From Octopus vulgaris (lineage: Eukaryota), in contig OX597823.1 of the NCBI GenBank assembly GCA_951406725.2, positions 64,604,001 to 64,668,000 on the forward strand: a stretch of 64,000 nt of DNA, written 5' to 3'. Below the pieces are notes generated by a model, which had not been told where the DNA came from, searched no databases, and saw nothing but the letters and a program-made list of their open reading frames with translations. This document shows positions 13,659 to 26,100 of the stretch, one piece after another. The stretch's first letter is position 1, and each line of letters starts with the position of its first letter. Both the position numbers and the translations under genes were made by a program.

Positions 13659-14256
13659 ATATAGGCATAATTTACTCTTTATATATACAATGTATTGAAA
13701 CCCAAAATTAGGTTGGTTTGGCCAGTAAAAATAAAGATGTGCTGTTTCATATCAACTAAGGTGCTAGACAGAAGTTCAGGGAGTTGACCATCATTAATGT
13801 TAATAAAACAGCGGAAGGGATAAAGAGGAAGCAAAGTAATTCAATGAGATATAAGAAAATAAATAGCTTAAAAAGGATAAAAATTGCATATATAGAAAAT
13901 AAAATATACACACAATACAATATAATAGAATAGATATAATATAATATGATATAATGTAAATGGATTAAATGTTGAACAGACAGCAAGAGATATAAAGATT
14001 AAACCAAGAAATAGTATTGTGAAACAGGAAGATTCAAATATAGTTAAGAAGTTCACAAATCACATATAAAATCTTATAAACCTTAAATTTAATCATATTT
14101 TCTAATCGCAGCTAGCCAAGTGAACTGTGGTGAAACCAGAACCATAGTTTCACCTACAGAGAGCACATGCACAGAAGTAAGAACATACTAGAAAAAATGC
14201 ATAACCACTCTCATGCAAATGTATATTATTCATGTATGTGTATATATATATAAAAT

Positions 14257-14386
14257 ATTGTGTTCATTAAAACACATTAAGAGGCTTCCATCATAAGAAA
14301 GCCTTGCACTAGAAAGAGCAGTAAACAACTCAAACCAAGGCTTTCCTATGATAGAAGCCTCTTAATGTGTTTTAAGGTACACAATA
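14257..14386. repeat. hairpin/MITE-like inverted repeat
   Basis: aaaacacattaagaggctt..atcata.gaaagccttg / caaggctttc.tatgat..aagcctcttaatgtgtttt. Confidence 0.8.
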
Positions 14387-14986
14387 CTTTAAATGAATAA
14401 TATATAGTCTATTGACTAATTTTTTTTTTGTGCTAGGCCACTGGTAATAAAAATTTCTATAATTCTTATTACCCTAATATTACTTATATATATATATATA
14501 TATCTTTATATATATATATGTACATACATACATGTGTGTGTGTGTGTGTGTAAGTTGGCTCACACTTTGCTACAGATAACATGTAGCCCAGTACAAGCTG
14601 TTATATGGTCAGGCTCTTGACAACTAAATCAGCCACATTGTCAAGGTTACTTGGTGAGGAAGGGGATTTTCGTTGGATAATCTGTAGGGTAAAAACAAGA
14701 TTTATCAAAAGGCAGGTAAACTTTGTAGAGTCATCATCAGCCATCCAACAGTTGGAAGCGAGAACTCCCCAGTCTTCTTTCTAGGGAAATGCAAGCTCGG
14801 ATGTAACACACGTGACTTCATTTCCACTCCATGCTGGAGTGTGTAGTTCTTCCTTTTGGACAGATGCATACGTTGTTTAGAGAGTGAGATTGGTCCTATG
14901 CAAAGGCTTCCTTCTCTTTAAAAAGCCTCAAGCTCAGGCACTGCTTATTCTATACACACACACACACACACACTTGTATGTATGTC

Positions 14987-15549
14987 AAAATCGAAGTCGA
15001 TCAACATCAATGGAAATTGTAGCTGTGATACCAGTGCCGGTGGCACGTAAGCGAATCATCCAATCGCGGCCGTTGCCAGCGTCGCCCCGACTAGCCTCCG
15101 TGCCGGTGGCACGTAAAAAGCACCATCTGATCGTGGCTGTTTCCAGCCTCGCCTGGCTCCCGTGCCGGTGGCACGTAAAAAGCATCATCCGTCCGTGGCC
15201 GTTTGCCAGCCCCGTCTGGCACCTGTGCCAGTGGCACGTAAAAAGCACCCACTACACTCATGGAGTGGTTGGCGTTAGGAAGGGCATCCAGCCATAGAAA
15301 CATTGCCAGATCAGACTGGGCCTGGTGCAGCCTTCTGGCTTCCCAGACCCCAGTTGAACCGTCCAACCCATGCCAGCATGGAAAGCGGACGCTAAATGAT
15401 GATGATGATATATATAAGGGCATCCAGCTGTAGAAACACTGCCAGATTTGACTGGGCCTGATGAAGCCTTCTGGCTTCACAGACCCCAGTAGAACCGTCC
15501 AACCCATGCTAGCATGGAAAACAGACGCTAAACGATGATGATGATGATG
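14987..15549 (+). mobile_element. two tandem RTE-type 3' ends with (GAT)n tails
   Basis: gtgccggtggcacgtaaaa repeats, then ggcgttaggaagggcatccag...catggaaagcggacgctaaa(gat)n. A second short copy lies at 15417-15549. Confidence 0.75.
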
Positions 15550-15611
15550 ATATATATCTTTATATATATAAAACTGAGAATGTGTGTCTGTCTGTCTGTC
15601 TGTCTGTTTGT

Positions 15612-15905
15612 TTCCCTAAAACTTGAGAACTACACAACCAATTCCATTCAAATTTTACACATACCTTACTTAGGGTGCGGGGAGTGTCATCGTCAAAAAC
15701 AATTTTTAACTTTTTGCCTAGGGCGAGCCCACAGCAATATCATATCTTCTCCACTACGATTCCCTAAAACTTGAGAACTACACAACCAATTCCATTCAAA
15801 TTTTACACATGCCTTACTTAGGGTCCATGTAGTTTCATGGGCAAAAAAAAATGTTCAACTTCTTGCCTAGAGCGAACCCATAGCAATATCATATCTTCTC
15901 CACTA
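15612..15905 (+). repeat. about 148-bp tandem duplication inside the Helitron 5' arm
   Basis: ttccctaaaacttgagaactacacaacc...atcttctccacta occurs twice. Confidence 0.9.
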
Positions 15906-16190
15906 TTTCAGTGTTATGTATTAAAAGTGAAACAAAAACATTTCTCTATTTTATGTCAGATACTTTCACTTTAAAATAATAATAATAACAATTCAATTAT
16001 ATGTAGTAAGTAATAATTAAAATCAAACTAAAGTGTAATATAATCGTAACATAACAAAAGTAAAAATAGCAATTGGTATAAAATTGCATCAATGACTTGA
16101 ACTTGAATAAGTGGTTTCACATGAATGAGAATAAATTAAAAATAAAATTAGCATGCAGAAATGGAATAGTCCAGATGAATAATAAAAAAT

Positions 16191-16244
16191 TATATTAAAG
16201 AAAAGACTATTGTCTATAAAGTATACAATGTAGAGAAAAAAGGT
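16191..16244 (+). pseudogene. decayed Tx1-type ORF1 fragment, left part
   Basis: Reads YIKEKTIVYKVYNVEKKG, comparable to YDKRTIVYRVCANERKR in the unit-1 ORF1. Confidence 0.6.
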
Positions 16245-16260
16245 CGTTTTTTTCGGCTCC

Positions 16261-17996
16261 GTGTTTTTTTTTCGGCTCCTGAAAATTCGGTAAAAAAGAA
16301 CAAAAAAGGTTGTTGTTGTTGTGGAAATTCTGAACGGCGTTGACGCGGTTTCGCGTTTCGCTCGTTCAGCGCGTTACACTTTTTCTGTTTTGGCGGCCGT
16401 TTTCGGTCTGTCAGACAGAAGGAAATGGACTATGAGTCTTTAACAGACTTGTCCACGACGGATGAGGAACTGGAACAGGCAATTGCAGTGAAGCTGATGG
16501 AGGAAAAGGCTGGAGTTTTTGAGTCTTTATCAGACTTGCCTATGTCTGAGAAGGAGCTAGAAATGGCAGCAAGGAAATTGGAAGACAAGCTGAGTTATAC
16601 CTATGCCGGTGTAACCAAGAAGGCGGAAGAGAAAGGGGTCGACATGGTCAAGTTGCCAAGTTACCAGAAATACATGAAAAAGGAAAGCGGTGAGGTGGAA
16701 CTATCACCGACACCCAGGAGAAAAGAATGGTATGATAAGAGGACCATTGTTTACAGGGTGTGCGCAAACGAAAGGAAGAGGGTAGAAGTTGTATCCATGG
16801 AATGGATAGAGGAAGCCCTGCGAAGAACTGAGGAGGAAATAAATTTTCTGACTCGAGGATCCAAGTACGGGACCGTAGTTGTGCATTTTAAAAGTGAATC
16901 GGCAGCGAGGAAGATGGCAGCGAAGGCGGTGAAGTCGGAAAAGGTAACACTGTTACCTACGTATTTAAACAGGAGGATTACACGAATAAGGGTGGAGGGA
17001 GTGCCACCAAACGTGGAGGCAGAATGGATTGTGGCGGCTGTGATCAGCGGCCACGAGGACGAAGTGGATATTCTCCATGCCTCGGTTAAGTCCGAGGGCT
17101 GGAGAGGCGTAACAGTGGAGCTGAACGTACAGGCAGAGACCGAGGTACTGGTGGACCTGACGGAAAGCATCAGACTGGGAGAAGTGATCATGAGAGTGTG
17201 GGTGGAGGGCAGGGCTCCACGTTGTTACAAGTGTGGCCTGAGGGGTCACATAAGAGCCTTCTGCCCTCCCCCAGGGAAAGAAATGGATCCTGAACCAGAG
17301 AGAGAGAAGCAGAAACCAGAGGAGAAGGAAACAGAGGAAGAGAATACACAGAAATGGAAGGAAGCTGGAAGTAAGAGGAAGAGAAGAATATGTGGAAAAA
17401 AAGAAAATAATATGGAACTCCAATCTACCCCAAAACCTCCCACACCCTCTGAGTCCCACCCTATCCATGCAGACATTGAACCCACCCGCTCCCCCCCAAC
17501 AAGAAAACAAAAGAAAAAAAAGAATACACACACACAAGAGATTGAAATCGAACCCAGGCCGTACATTTGTACTATGACTGAACAGAGGGAAGTTAAAAGT
17601 CTAATGGAAGAGTATAAACGGTATGATGTTGGAGAGACTAGGTATGCTGTGATTGAAAAAAAGAACATAGGTGAGTTTATGGGGAGGTGTGAAAGGGAGA
17701 ATTGGGAGGTGAAAGATATAAGAATGAGCGATGAATTCGTGGAAAATATGAATGAGTATTTCGGAGTAAGAATGGATATGGAATTTATTCGTATTGGCAA
17801 AGAACATTCAAGTGACTATGAAAAACAAAGGACAGGTAAGTGATGCTGACGGACGGGGCCGTTGGTATCGCTTTCATTTTATCATTTTTTTCGTTTAACA
17901 CTTCATGTTCATATAGTTTAATTATAATGTTCTATGTCCCCATGTTTTGTTATGTCCGCCATTCTTCGTAGCCCCTTAGTGGGTAATAAAGAAATA
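16261..17996 (+). mobile_element. ORF1-only (HAL1-like) Tx1-clade element, unit 1
   Basis: CpG-rich 5' UTR, single ORF1, U-rich 3' UTR, tail gccccttagtgggtaataaagaaata. Flanked by cg(t)7-8cggctcc duplication (16245-16260 / 17997-18013). Confidence 0.85.
16425..17843 (+). CDS. Tx1/L1-type ORF1 gag-like protein (RRM-like region + CCHC knuckle), intact, 472 aa
   Basis: CYKCGLRGHIRAFC (CX2CX4HX4C) preceded by VEGR; colinear with the ORF1 upstream of the RT in unit 4. Confidence 0.85.
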   Translation: MDYESLTDLSTTDEELEQAIAVKLMEEKAGVFESLSDLPMSEKELEMAARKLEDKLSYTYAGVTKKAEEKGVDMVKLPSYQKYMKKESGEVELSPTPRRKEWYDKRTIVYRVCANERKRVEVVSMEWIEEALRRTEEEINFLTRGSKYGTVVVHFKSESAARKMAAKAVKSEKVTLLPTYLNRRITRIRVEGVPPNVEAEWIVAAVISGHEDEVDILHASVKSEGWRGVTVELNVQAETEVLVDLTESIRLGEVIMRVWVEGRAPRCYKCGLRGHIRAFCPPPGKEMDPEPEREKQKPEEKETEEENTQKWKEAGSKRKRRICGKKENNMELQSTPKPPTPSESHPIHADIEPTRSPPTRKQKKKKNTHTQEIEIEPRPYICTMTEQREVKSLMEEYKRYDVGETRYAVIEKKNIGEFMGRCERENWEVKDIRMSDEFVENMNEYFGVRMDMEFIRIGKEHSSDYEKQRTGK

Positions 17997-19727
17997 CGTT
18001 TTTTTTCGGCTCCTGAAATTCGGTAAAAAAGAACAAAAAGCGTTGTTGTTGTTGTGGAAATTCTGAACGGCGTTGACGCGGTTTCGCGTTTCGCTCGTTC
18101 AGCGCGTTACACTTTTTCTGTTTTGGCGGCCGTTTTCGGTCTGTCAGACAGAAGGAGATGGACTATGAGTCTCTAACAGACTTGTCCACGACAGATGAGG
18201 AACTGGAACAGGCAATTGCAATGAAGCTGATGGAAGAAAAGGCTGGAATTTTCGAGTCTTTATCAGACCTGCCTACGTCTGAGAAAGAGCTAGAAATGGC
18301 AGCAAGGAATTTGGAAGAGAAGCTGGGTTATACCTATGCCGGTGTAACCAAGAAGGCGGAAGAGAAAGGGGTAGACATGGCCAAGTTGCCAAGTTACCAG
18401 AAATACATGAAAAAGGAAAGCGGTGAGGTGGAACTATCACCGACACCCAGGAGAAAAGAATGGTATGATAAGAGGACCATTATTTACAGGGTGTTCGCAA
18501 ACGAAAGGAAGAGGGTAGAAGTTGTAACCATGGAATGGATAGAGGAAGCCCTGCGAAGAACTGAGGAGGAAATAAATTTTCTGACTCGAGGATCCAAGTA
18601 CGGTACCGTAGTTGTGCATTTCAAAACTGAGTCTGCAGCGAGGAAGATGGCGGCGAAGGCGGTGAAGTCAGAAAAGGTAACCCTATTACCTACGTATTTA
18701 AACAGGAGGATTACACGAATAAGGGTGGAGGGAGTGCCACCAAACGTGGAGGCAGAATGGATTGTGGCGGCTGTGATCAGCGGCCACGAGGACGAAGTGG
18801 ATATTCTCCATGCCTCGGTTAAGTCCGAGGGCTGGAGAGGCGTAACAGTGGAGCTGAACGTACAGGCAGAGACCGAGGTACTGGTGGACCTGACGGAAAG
18901 CATCAGACTGGGAGACGTGATCATGAGAGTGTGGGTGGAGGGCAGGGCTCCACGTTGTTACAAGTGTGGCCTGAGGGGTCACATAAGAGCCTTCTGCCCT
19001 CCCCCAGGGAAAGAAATGGATTCCGAACCAGAGAGAGAGAAGCAGAAACCAGAGGAGAAGGAAACAGAGGAAGAGAATACACAGAAATGGAAGGAAGCTG
19101 GAAGTAAGAGGAAGAGAAGAATATGTGGAAAAAAAGAAAATAATATGGAACTCCAATCTACCCCAAAACCACCCACACCCTCTGAGTCCCACCCTATCCA
19201 TGCAGACATTGAACCCACCCGCTCCCCCCAACAAGAAAACAAAAGAAAAAAAAGAATACACACACACAAGAGATTGAAATCGAACCCAGGCCGTACATTT
19301 GTACTATGACTGAACAGAAAGAAGTTAAAAGTCTAATGGAAGAGTATAAATGGTATGATGTTGGAGAGACTAGGTATGCTGTGATTGAAAAGAAGAACAT
19401 AGGTGAGTTTATGGGGAGGTGTGAAAGGGAGAATTGGGAGGTGAAAGATATAAGAATGAGCGATGAATTCGTGGAAAATATGGATGAGTATTTCGGAGTA
19501 AGAATGGATATGGAATTTATTCGTATTGACAAAGAACATTCAAGTGACTATGAAAAACAAAGGACAGGTAAGTGATGCTGACGGACGGGGCCGTTGGTAT
19601 CGCTTTCATTTTATCATTTTTTTCGTTTAACAATTCATTTTCATAAAGTTTAATTATAATGTTCTATGTCCCCATGTTTTGTTATGTCCGCCATTCTTCG
19701 TAGCCCCTTAGTGGGTAATAAAGAAAT
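17997..19727 (+). mobile_element. ORF1-only Tx1-clade element, unit 2 (close paralogue of unit 1)
   Basis: Colinear with unit 1 over the full length, with scattered substitutions and the same tail. Confidence 0.85.
18158..19575 (+). pseudogene. ORF1 with one frameshift in a C-run near 19225
   Basis: ORFs 18158..19309 and 19306..19575 together match unit-1 ORF1. The run is C6 here versus C7 in unit 1, so it could be a sequencing error. Confidence 0.85.
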
Positions 19728-19747
19728 CACATGGAGGAAATCAATTT

Positions 19748-21510
19748 GCGTGTTGTTATCTGTGACTAGACGTTGAAATTTTGTTGTGTAAAGTGATTAA
19801 TATCGCGCGAGGCGTTTGCCTCCACGTTTGGAAACCTTCCGAAGAAGGTGAATTGACCCTCTAGTCATGGCGACTTACGCGGGGGTCACGGGAAAGAAAA
19901 ATAATGATTCGGCAATAATCGTGAAGGATGTTTTCTTTGAGAAGAGTAAACTCAAAGAATATGAAAAACTATTCAAAAGGGAGGGTGATAGCGTGAAGCT
20001 AATCCCCCCCGCGAAAGCAAAAGAGGACAAAGAAAACAAGACTGTAACGTATAGAACCCAGGAAAAAGTACAAAGAAACTGGCAAGAGTGGAGATAGCAG
20101 AGATCGAAAAATGTCTGGGAGACATAATGGATAAATCGACCTACGTGAGTAGAGGAAAAAATTTGGTACGGTGGAGGTGAGATGTGCAACGGAAGAAATT
20201 GCAGCCTCACTGGCTACCACTGTTCTAAGAGCGGAAACATTTATAATGTGGCCCTCATACAAGGGAAGAAGAGGGGTCCGGGTTAAAATCCCGAATATAC
20301 CCCCAGAAGTAAAAACAGAATGGCTGGCAACAGCTATTCTAGGAGCAGCAGAAGAGGAAGTGGAGGTGGAATCCTTTAAGGAGTCCAACGCAGTAAACTG
20401 GAGAGGATATGGGGTAGAACTGTGTTTGATGGCCACAAAAGAGGACATTGAAAGGTTCCCCTATAGAATAGAAATTGAAGACGAGAAAACCCTCAGTGTA
20501 ATTGTAGAGGGAAGAAAGCCAAACTGCTACTTGTGCGGGACAAGGGGGCACATTAAAAAAGAGTGCCCGTTATACGAATTCGTAGCGGAGTATGAGAAGG
20601 AAATTGAAGAAAAGAAGAATACGGTAAATGAAAAAGAAAACATAGAAAAGGAGACAAAACAACAAGAGAAAGGAAATAATAAGTCAACGAAGGAAAAAGA
20701 AATAAAAGAAAAGAAAGAAATAGAACCAAAACAGAGTCAGGAAAAGAAAAAGGAAAAAGAAACAACAGGAAAAAAACAAGAGAGAGATCAGAACCAAACG
20801 AAAAGAAAAGACGGCACACAAAAAGAAAAAGAAAAGGAACATAAAACACGAGAGAAAGAGAGAACAGACAAAGAACCAAAAAGACAAGAGAAGGAAGGAG
20901 AAAGAAAAGAAGGCAAAAAGAGAGAAAGAGAGAAACAAAGAGAGGAGAACAAGGAAGAAATAAGCCCGAAAAGAAAAACGAGAGAAAACGTAGGACGGAA
21001 ACAAGATTACTACAAGTTAATAACCTTCCATTTCAGCCCTGAAATGAAGGAATTGACATGTAGTACGGAGGGACATGTGTGGGTCAACAGGATGACTGAT
21101 CAGTGGCAGGAGACTGCTCTGATCCCCGAAGAAAGAGTCGCTGAGTTCCTCAGAGCAGCTGGAGAGAGTGTAATTTTTTACACGGGTGTTCGAATGAAAG
21201 AGCGGCTGCCTGAGGGCTCAGTGATTGACTTTAGAGACTTGAAAGGTATTATGGAATACGTGTGAGATTGTGAGAGGAGAGAGAAGAAAGAAGAGAAAAA
21301 AGAAAAAAAAAAAATTGTGAACTATATGTGACGAAAATGTAACCTCTCGATTCCGGGGATCGAGTGGGCATTTGCATCTCATTGTAAATATTCTTTCATT
21401 TGTCATTTTTATTTTTATTTTTTCCTTTTCTTGTCATTTCGCTTTCTTATTTTAAGTTCCCCGATTGTATTGTCCCCTCTATGTTCGCCCCTTGTGGGTA
21501 GTAATAAAAT
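19748..21510 (+). mobile_element. divergent ORF1-only Tx1-clade element, unit 3
   Basis: Flanked by the 20-bp duplication cacatggaggaaatcaattt (19728-19747 / 21511-21530); tail gccccttgtgggtagtaataaaat. Confidence 0.85.
19867..21265 (+). pseudogene. ORF1 (frameshifted near 20070-20160) with CCHC knuckle and K/E-rich linker
   Basis: MATYAGV start (compare YTYAGV in unit 1), GTVEV, IPPEVKTEWL, VEGRKPNCYLCGTRGHIKKEC. Confidence 0.8.
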
Positions 21511-21739
21511 CACATGGAGGAAATCAATTTATTGCGTTATTAGTAAGTTGATATATATTTTTGCTCTCATACTACTTATCTCTGTTATTATATACTGTTG
21601 GTCTACCTTTTTTGTCCATTGTTGTCTAACGGACGAAGTCAACCTTCGCGCGAAGACTTCGCGTTGGTGTTCCCCCTCAGTGGGGGAAAACTACAATCAA
21701 TTTAGATTACCAAAGGCTTGTTAAAGCCATTTGTTCAAG

Positions 21740-23122
21740 ATGGAGTCCCCCATCACTTATTCGCCCGTGACGAGCGAGGATGAATACCCGGCGTTGTCGC
21801 CAAGTAAAAAAGAGGCGTTGTCGCCAAGAAAAAAAGAGGCGCTGTCGCCGAAGAAAAAAGAGGCGGCGTCGCCCAAGAAAATGGAAAAACCAGTACCAGC
21901 ATCAACTCCAGCAAAAAAATTCGCTGAAGTGGCTGGGAAGAAAATTAAAAAAAAATTAACGTGGACAACCTGGGAAAACATGCAGACTGTGTGTAAAAAA
22001 GAGGGCACAGAAGTAACCTGTGGCTTCAAACGCCCAAAAATACAGGAGGATATTTCGAATAGGAGAATAATCTATAAGACATTCAGTATAACAAACAGAG
22101 CAATCCAAAAAATAGAGGAGAAAAAGATTGAAAACTGCTTAAAGCCAATAATGGATAAAATTACGTATATCAATCGAGGAAAAAGAAATACGGCACAGTG
22201 GAGGTGAGATTCACGTCAGAGGAGGTAGCGAAGAAGCTATCCATGGAACCCATCAAAGCGGAGGATATTGTTCTCCTACCCCTGTATAAAGGCAAGAGAA
22301 CTTCCAAAATCACTATGAACAACATCCCGCCAGAGCGGATGCCGAAGTCCTAGTGGCAGCAGTTATGGTAGGCCTGGAGGAAAAAATAAACATCCTCCAG
22401 GCCACCGTGGAGAAGAAGAATTCTGGAAAGGGCAAAAAGATAATAATAGCCATACAAGCAGAAGTACAAACCCTGGAAGAGATCCCAGAGACTCTAAGGA
22501 TAAGTGAAGAAGATGAAAGAGTCACAGTCTTCGTAGAGGGCAGAAAGCCGAGGTGCTTCGGCTGCGGTAAGAAGGGGCATGTAAGGGCGGAATGCCAGCC
22601 CCAACCCAAACCGCAGGAAGCACCTAAGCCAAAAGGAAAAAGAAGACAATGTGTCACCAGAAGCAGCGTCAGACGGCCCAGAAGGGAAGACTGAAGGTGT
22701 GGAGGTGATGGTAACAGCAGAACCAGCGGCGGAGGAAAAAAAGAGCGAGGAAAAGATAAATGAGGAGGGGTGGGCAAAAATTATCGGAAAAAAAAAAAGA
22801 AAAACGGAAACCACCCCTCCCAGAGTAATTTTAAAAAAGAAAAAAGAGTCAATGAACTCATATATGGCCGTAAAGCATCAAATAGCAGACTCGGAAACGT
22901 GTTGGCAGCCATGGCCAATGTGAGAGAGTAGAGAAAAAAAATGACTTTGTAATTTACAAAATAGACCGGAAGGATTACGGGCGGATAAAGTCAGAATTCT
23001 TCCATGACGTAGGCCCACTTAGGTTGGATGTAACATCTCCACATATATTCGAGGGCCTACGTCAGACTCCCCCACGAGGCCCAGAAAAAGAGAAGGAAGA
23101 AGAAGAAAAACCGAACCACTGA
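21740..23122 (+). pseudogene. LINE ORF1 with several frameshifts, N-terminal SPKK repeats and CCHC knuckle
   Basis: Pieces 21731..22207, 22353..22694 and 22651..22923; VEGRKPRCFGCGKKGHVRAEC. End coordinate approximate. Confidence 0.8.
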
Positions 23123-23136
23123 TATAAAGGTAAGTA

Positions 23137-26100
23137 ATGGATTACATTTATGTTGGTTGTTTAAATGTGCGCGGCCTGGGAGCAGGCTGGAAGCAAGGTC
23201 GCTTCCTGCATGATATCAGGTCGCGTAATTTAGATGTTATTGTTGCTACAGAAACCCGGCTAGAGGGGCCAAGAGGTCTACTCCCGCTGTTTGACGGCTA
23301 CGAGAGTTTTTTCTCTCCTGGCAGTCCTACAGGCGGGAGTGGGGTGTTGGTCCTATTAAAAAGAAACCGGGTTTCTGAGAAAAAGTTAATTTTTGCAGAT
23401 CCAGAAGGTAGGCTGGTCGTCATGGATTTGACGTTCAGTAATGGTAAAGTTATCAGACTGGTTGCAATTTACGCACCCAACCATACAGGGCAAAGTGATT
23501 ATTTTCGTGAACTAGAAAACTTTCTTGGTACTTCGCATTCATTAGTGGTGCTAGGAGACTTTAACACAATTTGCAAAGCGGATGTGGATTGTGTTGGCTC
23601 GTGTCCAGATAGAAAAGGCAACAGTGGCTTCATGGAACTGCTAAGCCGCTTTGAGCTAGCAGATCCTTATAGGCTGGAATTTCCGAACGCTCCATTGTGG
23701 ACATGGTCAAACAGCGACGGATCTTCCAGGTCGTATTCTAGATAGAATACTAATTAGAAAAGTAGACAGTAAAATAGCTAAGTGTCCACAGTTTTACCCG
23801 ATCAGCTACAGTGATCATAAAATGGTCACTTGTAAGCTTGACATAGATAAGGTTAAAAATAGAGGATCCGGTTACTGGAAACTTAATACGTCCCTTTTGG
23901 CGATTAAGGAGTACAAAGACCGGATTAGGAATATAATTCAGAGGGCACTATCTGGTACCATCATTAATAACAAATGGTGGTACGCCCTCAAACGAGCCAT
24001 CAAGTTTGAGTCTATTAGATATAGCATAGGAGTAGTGGCTAGAGAGGCTAGAAGGGAAACTACTCTAGTTAAGGAATTAGAGGAAGCCATGAAAACTGGC
24101 TCTGCGGCTCAGGTGGCGGCCAAGAGACTGGTGTTAAACCAGCACCTCGAGGCCAAACACATGGGCTGCATTGTCAGGGCTAGAATCCGTCATATGGGAT
24201 GTGAAGGAATCAACGCCGTGAGATGGGCCCGAGTGGTGGAAGCTCAGCATGGTAACGATGCCACGATTCGATCTTTGACGAACCAACAAGGTGAGTTGAT
24301 AAACGAACCCGAGGAGATGTGTGAGGCCTTTCAGGAGCACTTCGCTCAGCTTTTCGGTGAGTGCGGCGGACTGGATAGGAGGAGGGCCTTTACGGACCTA
24401 CTCGACGGTCTGCCGCGCTTATCGGGGCGAGATGCGGAGGGCTGTGAAGGGCCAATCACGCCTGAGGAGGTGGTTGAGGCAATGGCGGACTGCGGCGCGG
24501 GCAAGGCGCCGGGTTTGGATGGTCTACCCTATGAGTTATATAAGAGTATGCCAGACTTGTTCGGGCACCTACTGGCGGAGGTCTACGCGAACTGGCAGCA
24601 GAACGGGCTTATACCCAGATCTGTGCGCCGGGGAGTAGTGACTCTCGTCAGAAAGGACCCGAGCAAGGGGGAGTGCATTGATAATTTCAGGCCCATCACT
24701 CTGCTAAACACAGAGTTGAAGATTTTGGCCAAAGTGTTATCGAAAAGATTGGCGTGTGTCGCGGATGGTCTGATCGGAGGGGCACAGACATGTGCCGTTC
24801 CGGGCAGATCCATTCAGGATAATCTCCATCTAATGCGGTACACTATAGAGGGGTTTAATAGTGATTCTGGCAAGGGTGGGGCACTGGTCCATTTAGACCA
24901 ATCTAAAGCTTTTGATAGGGTCGACCATCGTTACCTGGTATCTGCCCTGGCACAGTTCGGGCTGAGCCTTGGATTCCTCAGGTGGATTATCGAAATTTAT
25001 GATAACATCGACTCGGTAGTTCGGGTGAACGGCTTCTTGTCGAAGCCGTTCAAAATCAAACGCTCGGTTCGTCAAGGGTGTCCGCTCTCCCCGCTTTTGT
25101 ACGTGATGGCTCTTGAGCCATTACTGCGAAAACTGAGCGGCATCCCGAGACAGCCAGGTAATGGAAAATCAGTGTCAGCGTACGCGGATGACATCACCAT
25201 CATCGTAACCGAAATGGACCACCTATGTAAAGTAGGCAAGGCCATAGAGGTGTACGAGACGGTGACAGGAGCAAAAGTTAATCGCGAAAAGTCAGTCGGC
25301 TTGCAACTCGGCACCTGGAGAGGCAAGTCGATGCCTCCTGACAGCGTCGTGGGACGTTGGACGGAGGGTCCGATTAAACTGCTAGGGGTCTGGTTCGGTC
25401 CAGACCTCCAAATAGAGAAGAATTGGGGCGAGGTAACGAGCAAGGTGGCTGCAGTAGCCAAGACCTGGTCTTGGCGGTGGCTATCCCTGAAAGGGAGGGC
25501 GGAGGTGGCCAATGTGTTTATCGCATCGGTTATCACCTACCGCCTTTCCGTCGTTCCTTGCCCTGATTCGTGGTTGATCAAGTTGGAAAGACAGCTCTTC
25601 TACTTCTTGTGGAAGGGCGGGAAACCACTGTGAAACGCTCTACTTGCTGTCAACAACCGTTAAAGGGTGGGCTAGGGATGCCTTGGCTGATGATGCGCAG
25701 ACATGCGCTGAGGTTAAGACATCTGTGGCTCTACCTGGATGGTGAACGGGTGTGGTCTTCGCTAGCAAAACTGATGTTTCCCAAGTTCACTAGTTTCGGT
25801 GGATGGGAAACCTGGCTGAGTCGTAGATCGAAACTTGGTACTTGGTACACGGAGTGTCGCAAGGGCTCTCCTGCTATTCCGTCGCTCGGGCAACGCCTGC
25901 GGTGGGGGTTCCACCACTTTCTTCTATAGAGGGTTGGTAGAGGCGGAATGTGAAGATACCTTGGGGGAAACCCTAGGTCTCGACGATAATCAGCTGGCCA
26001 GTCTGTTCCGACGTACGTTCGAGCCAAGGACACTGGACAACTTCCAGAAGTCTCTGGCATGGCAATGCTACAGAGGAGCTCTACCTGTTCGGGATAAACT

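Noticed and set aside
16261-19727. Units 1 and 2 as LTRs or as an assembly duplication
   Set aside because: No TG..CA ends, PBS or integrase. Numerous substitutions and a TSD-like duplication argue for two real copies, although read-level confirmation is still needed.
16704-25536. Minus-strand ORFs overlapping the Tx1 units
   Set aside because: Antisense shadows of purine-rich coding strands, with no motifs.
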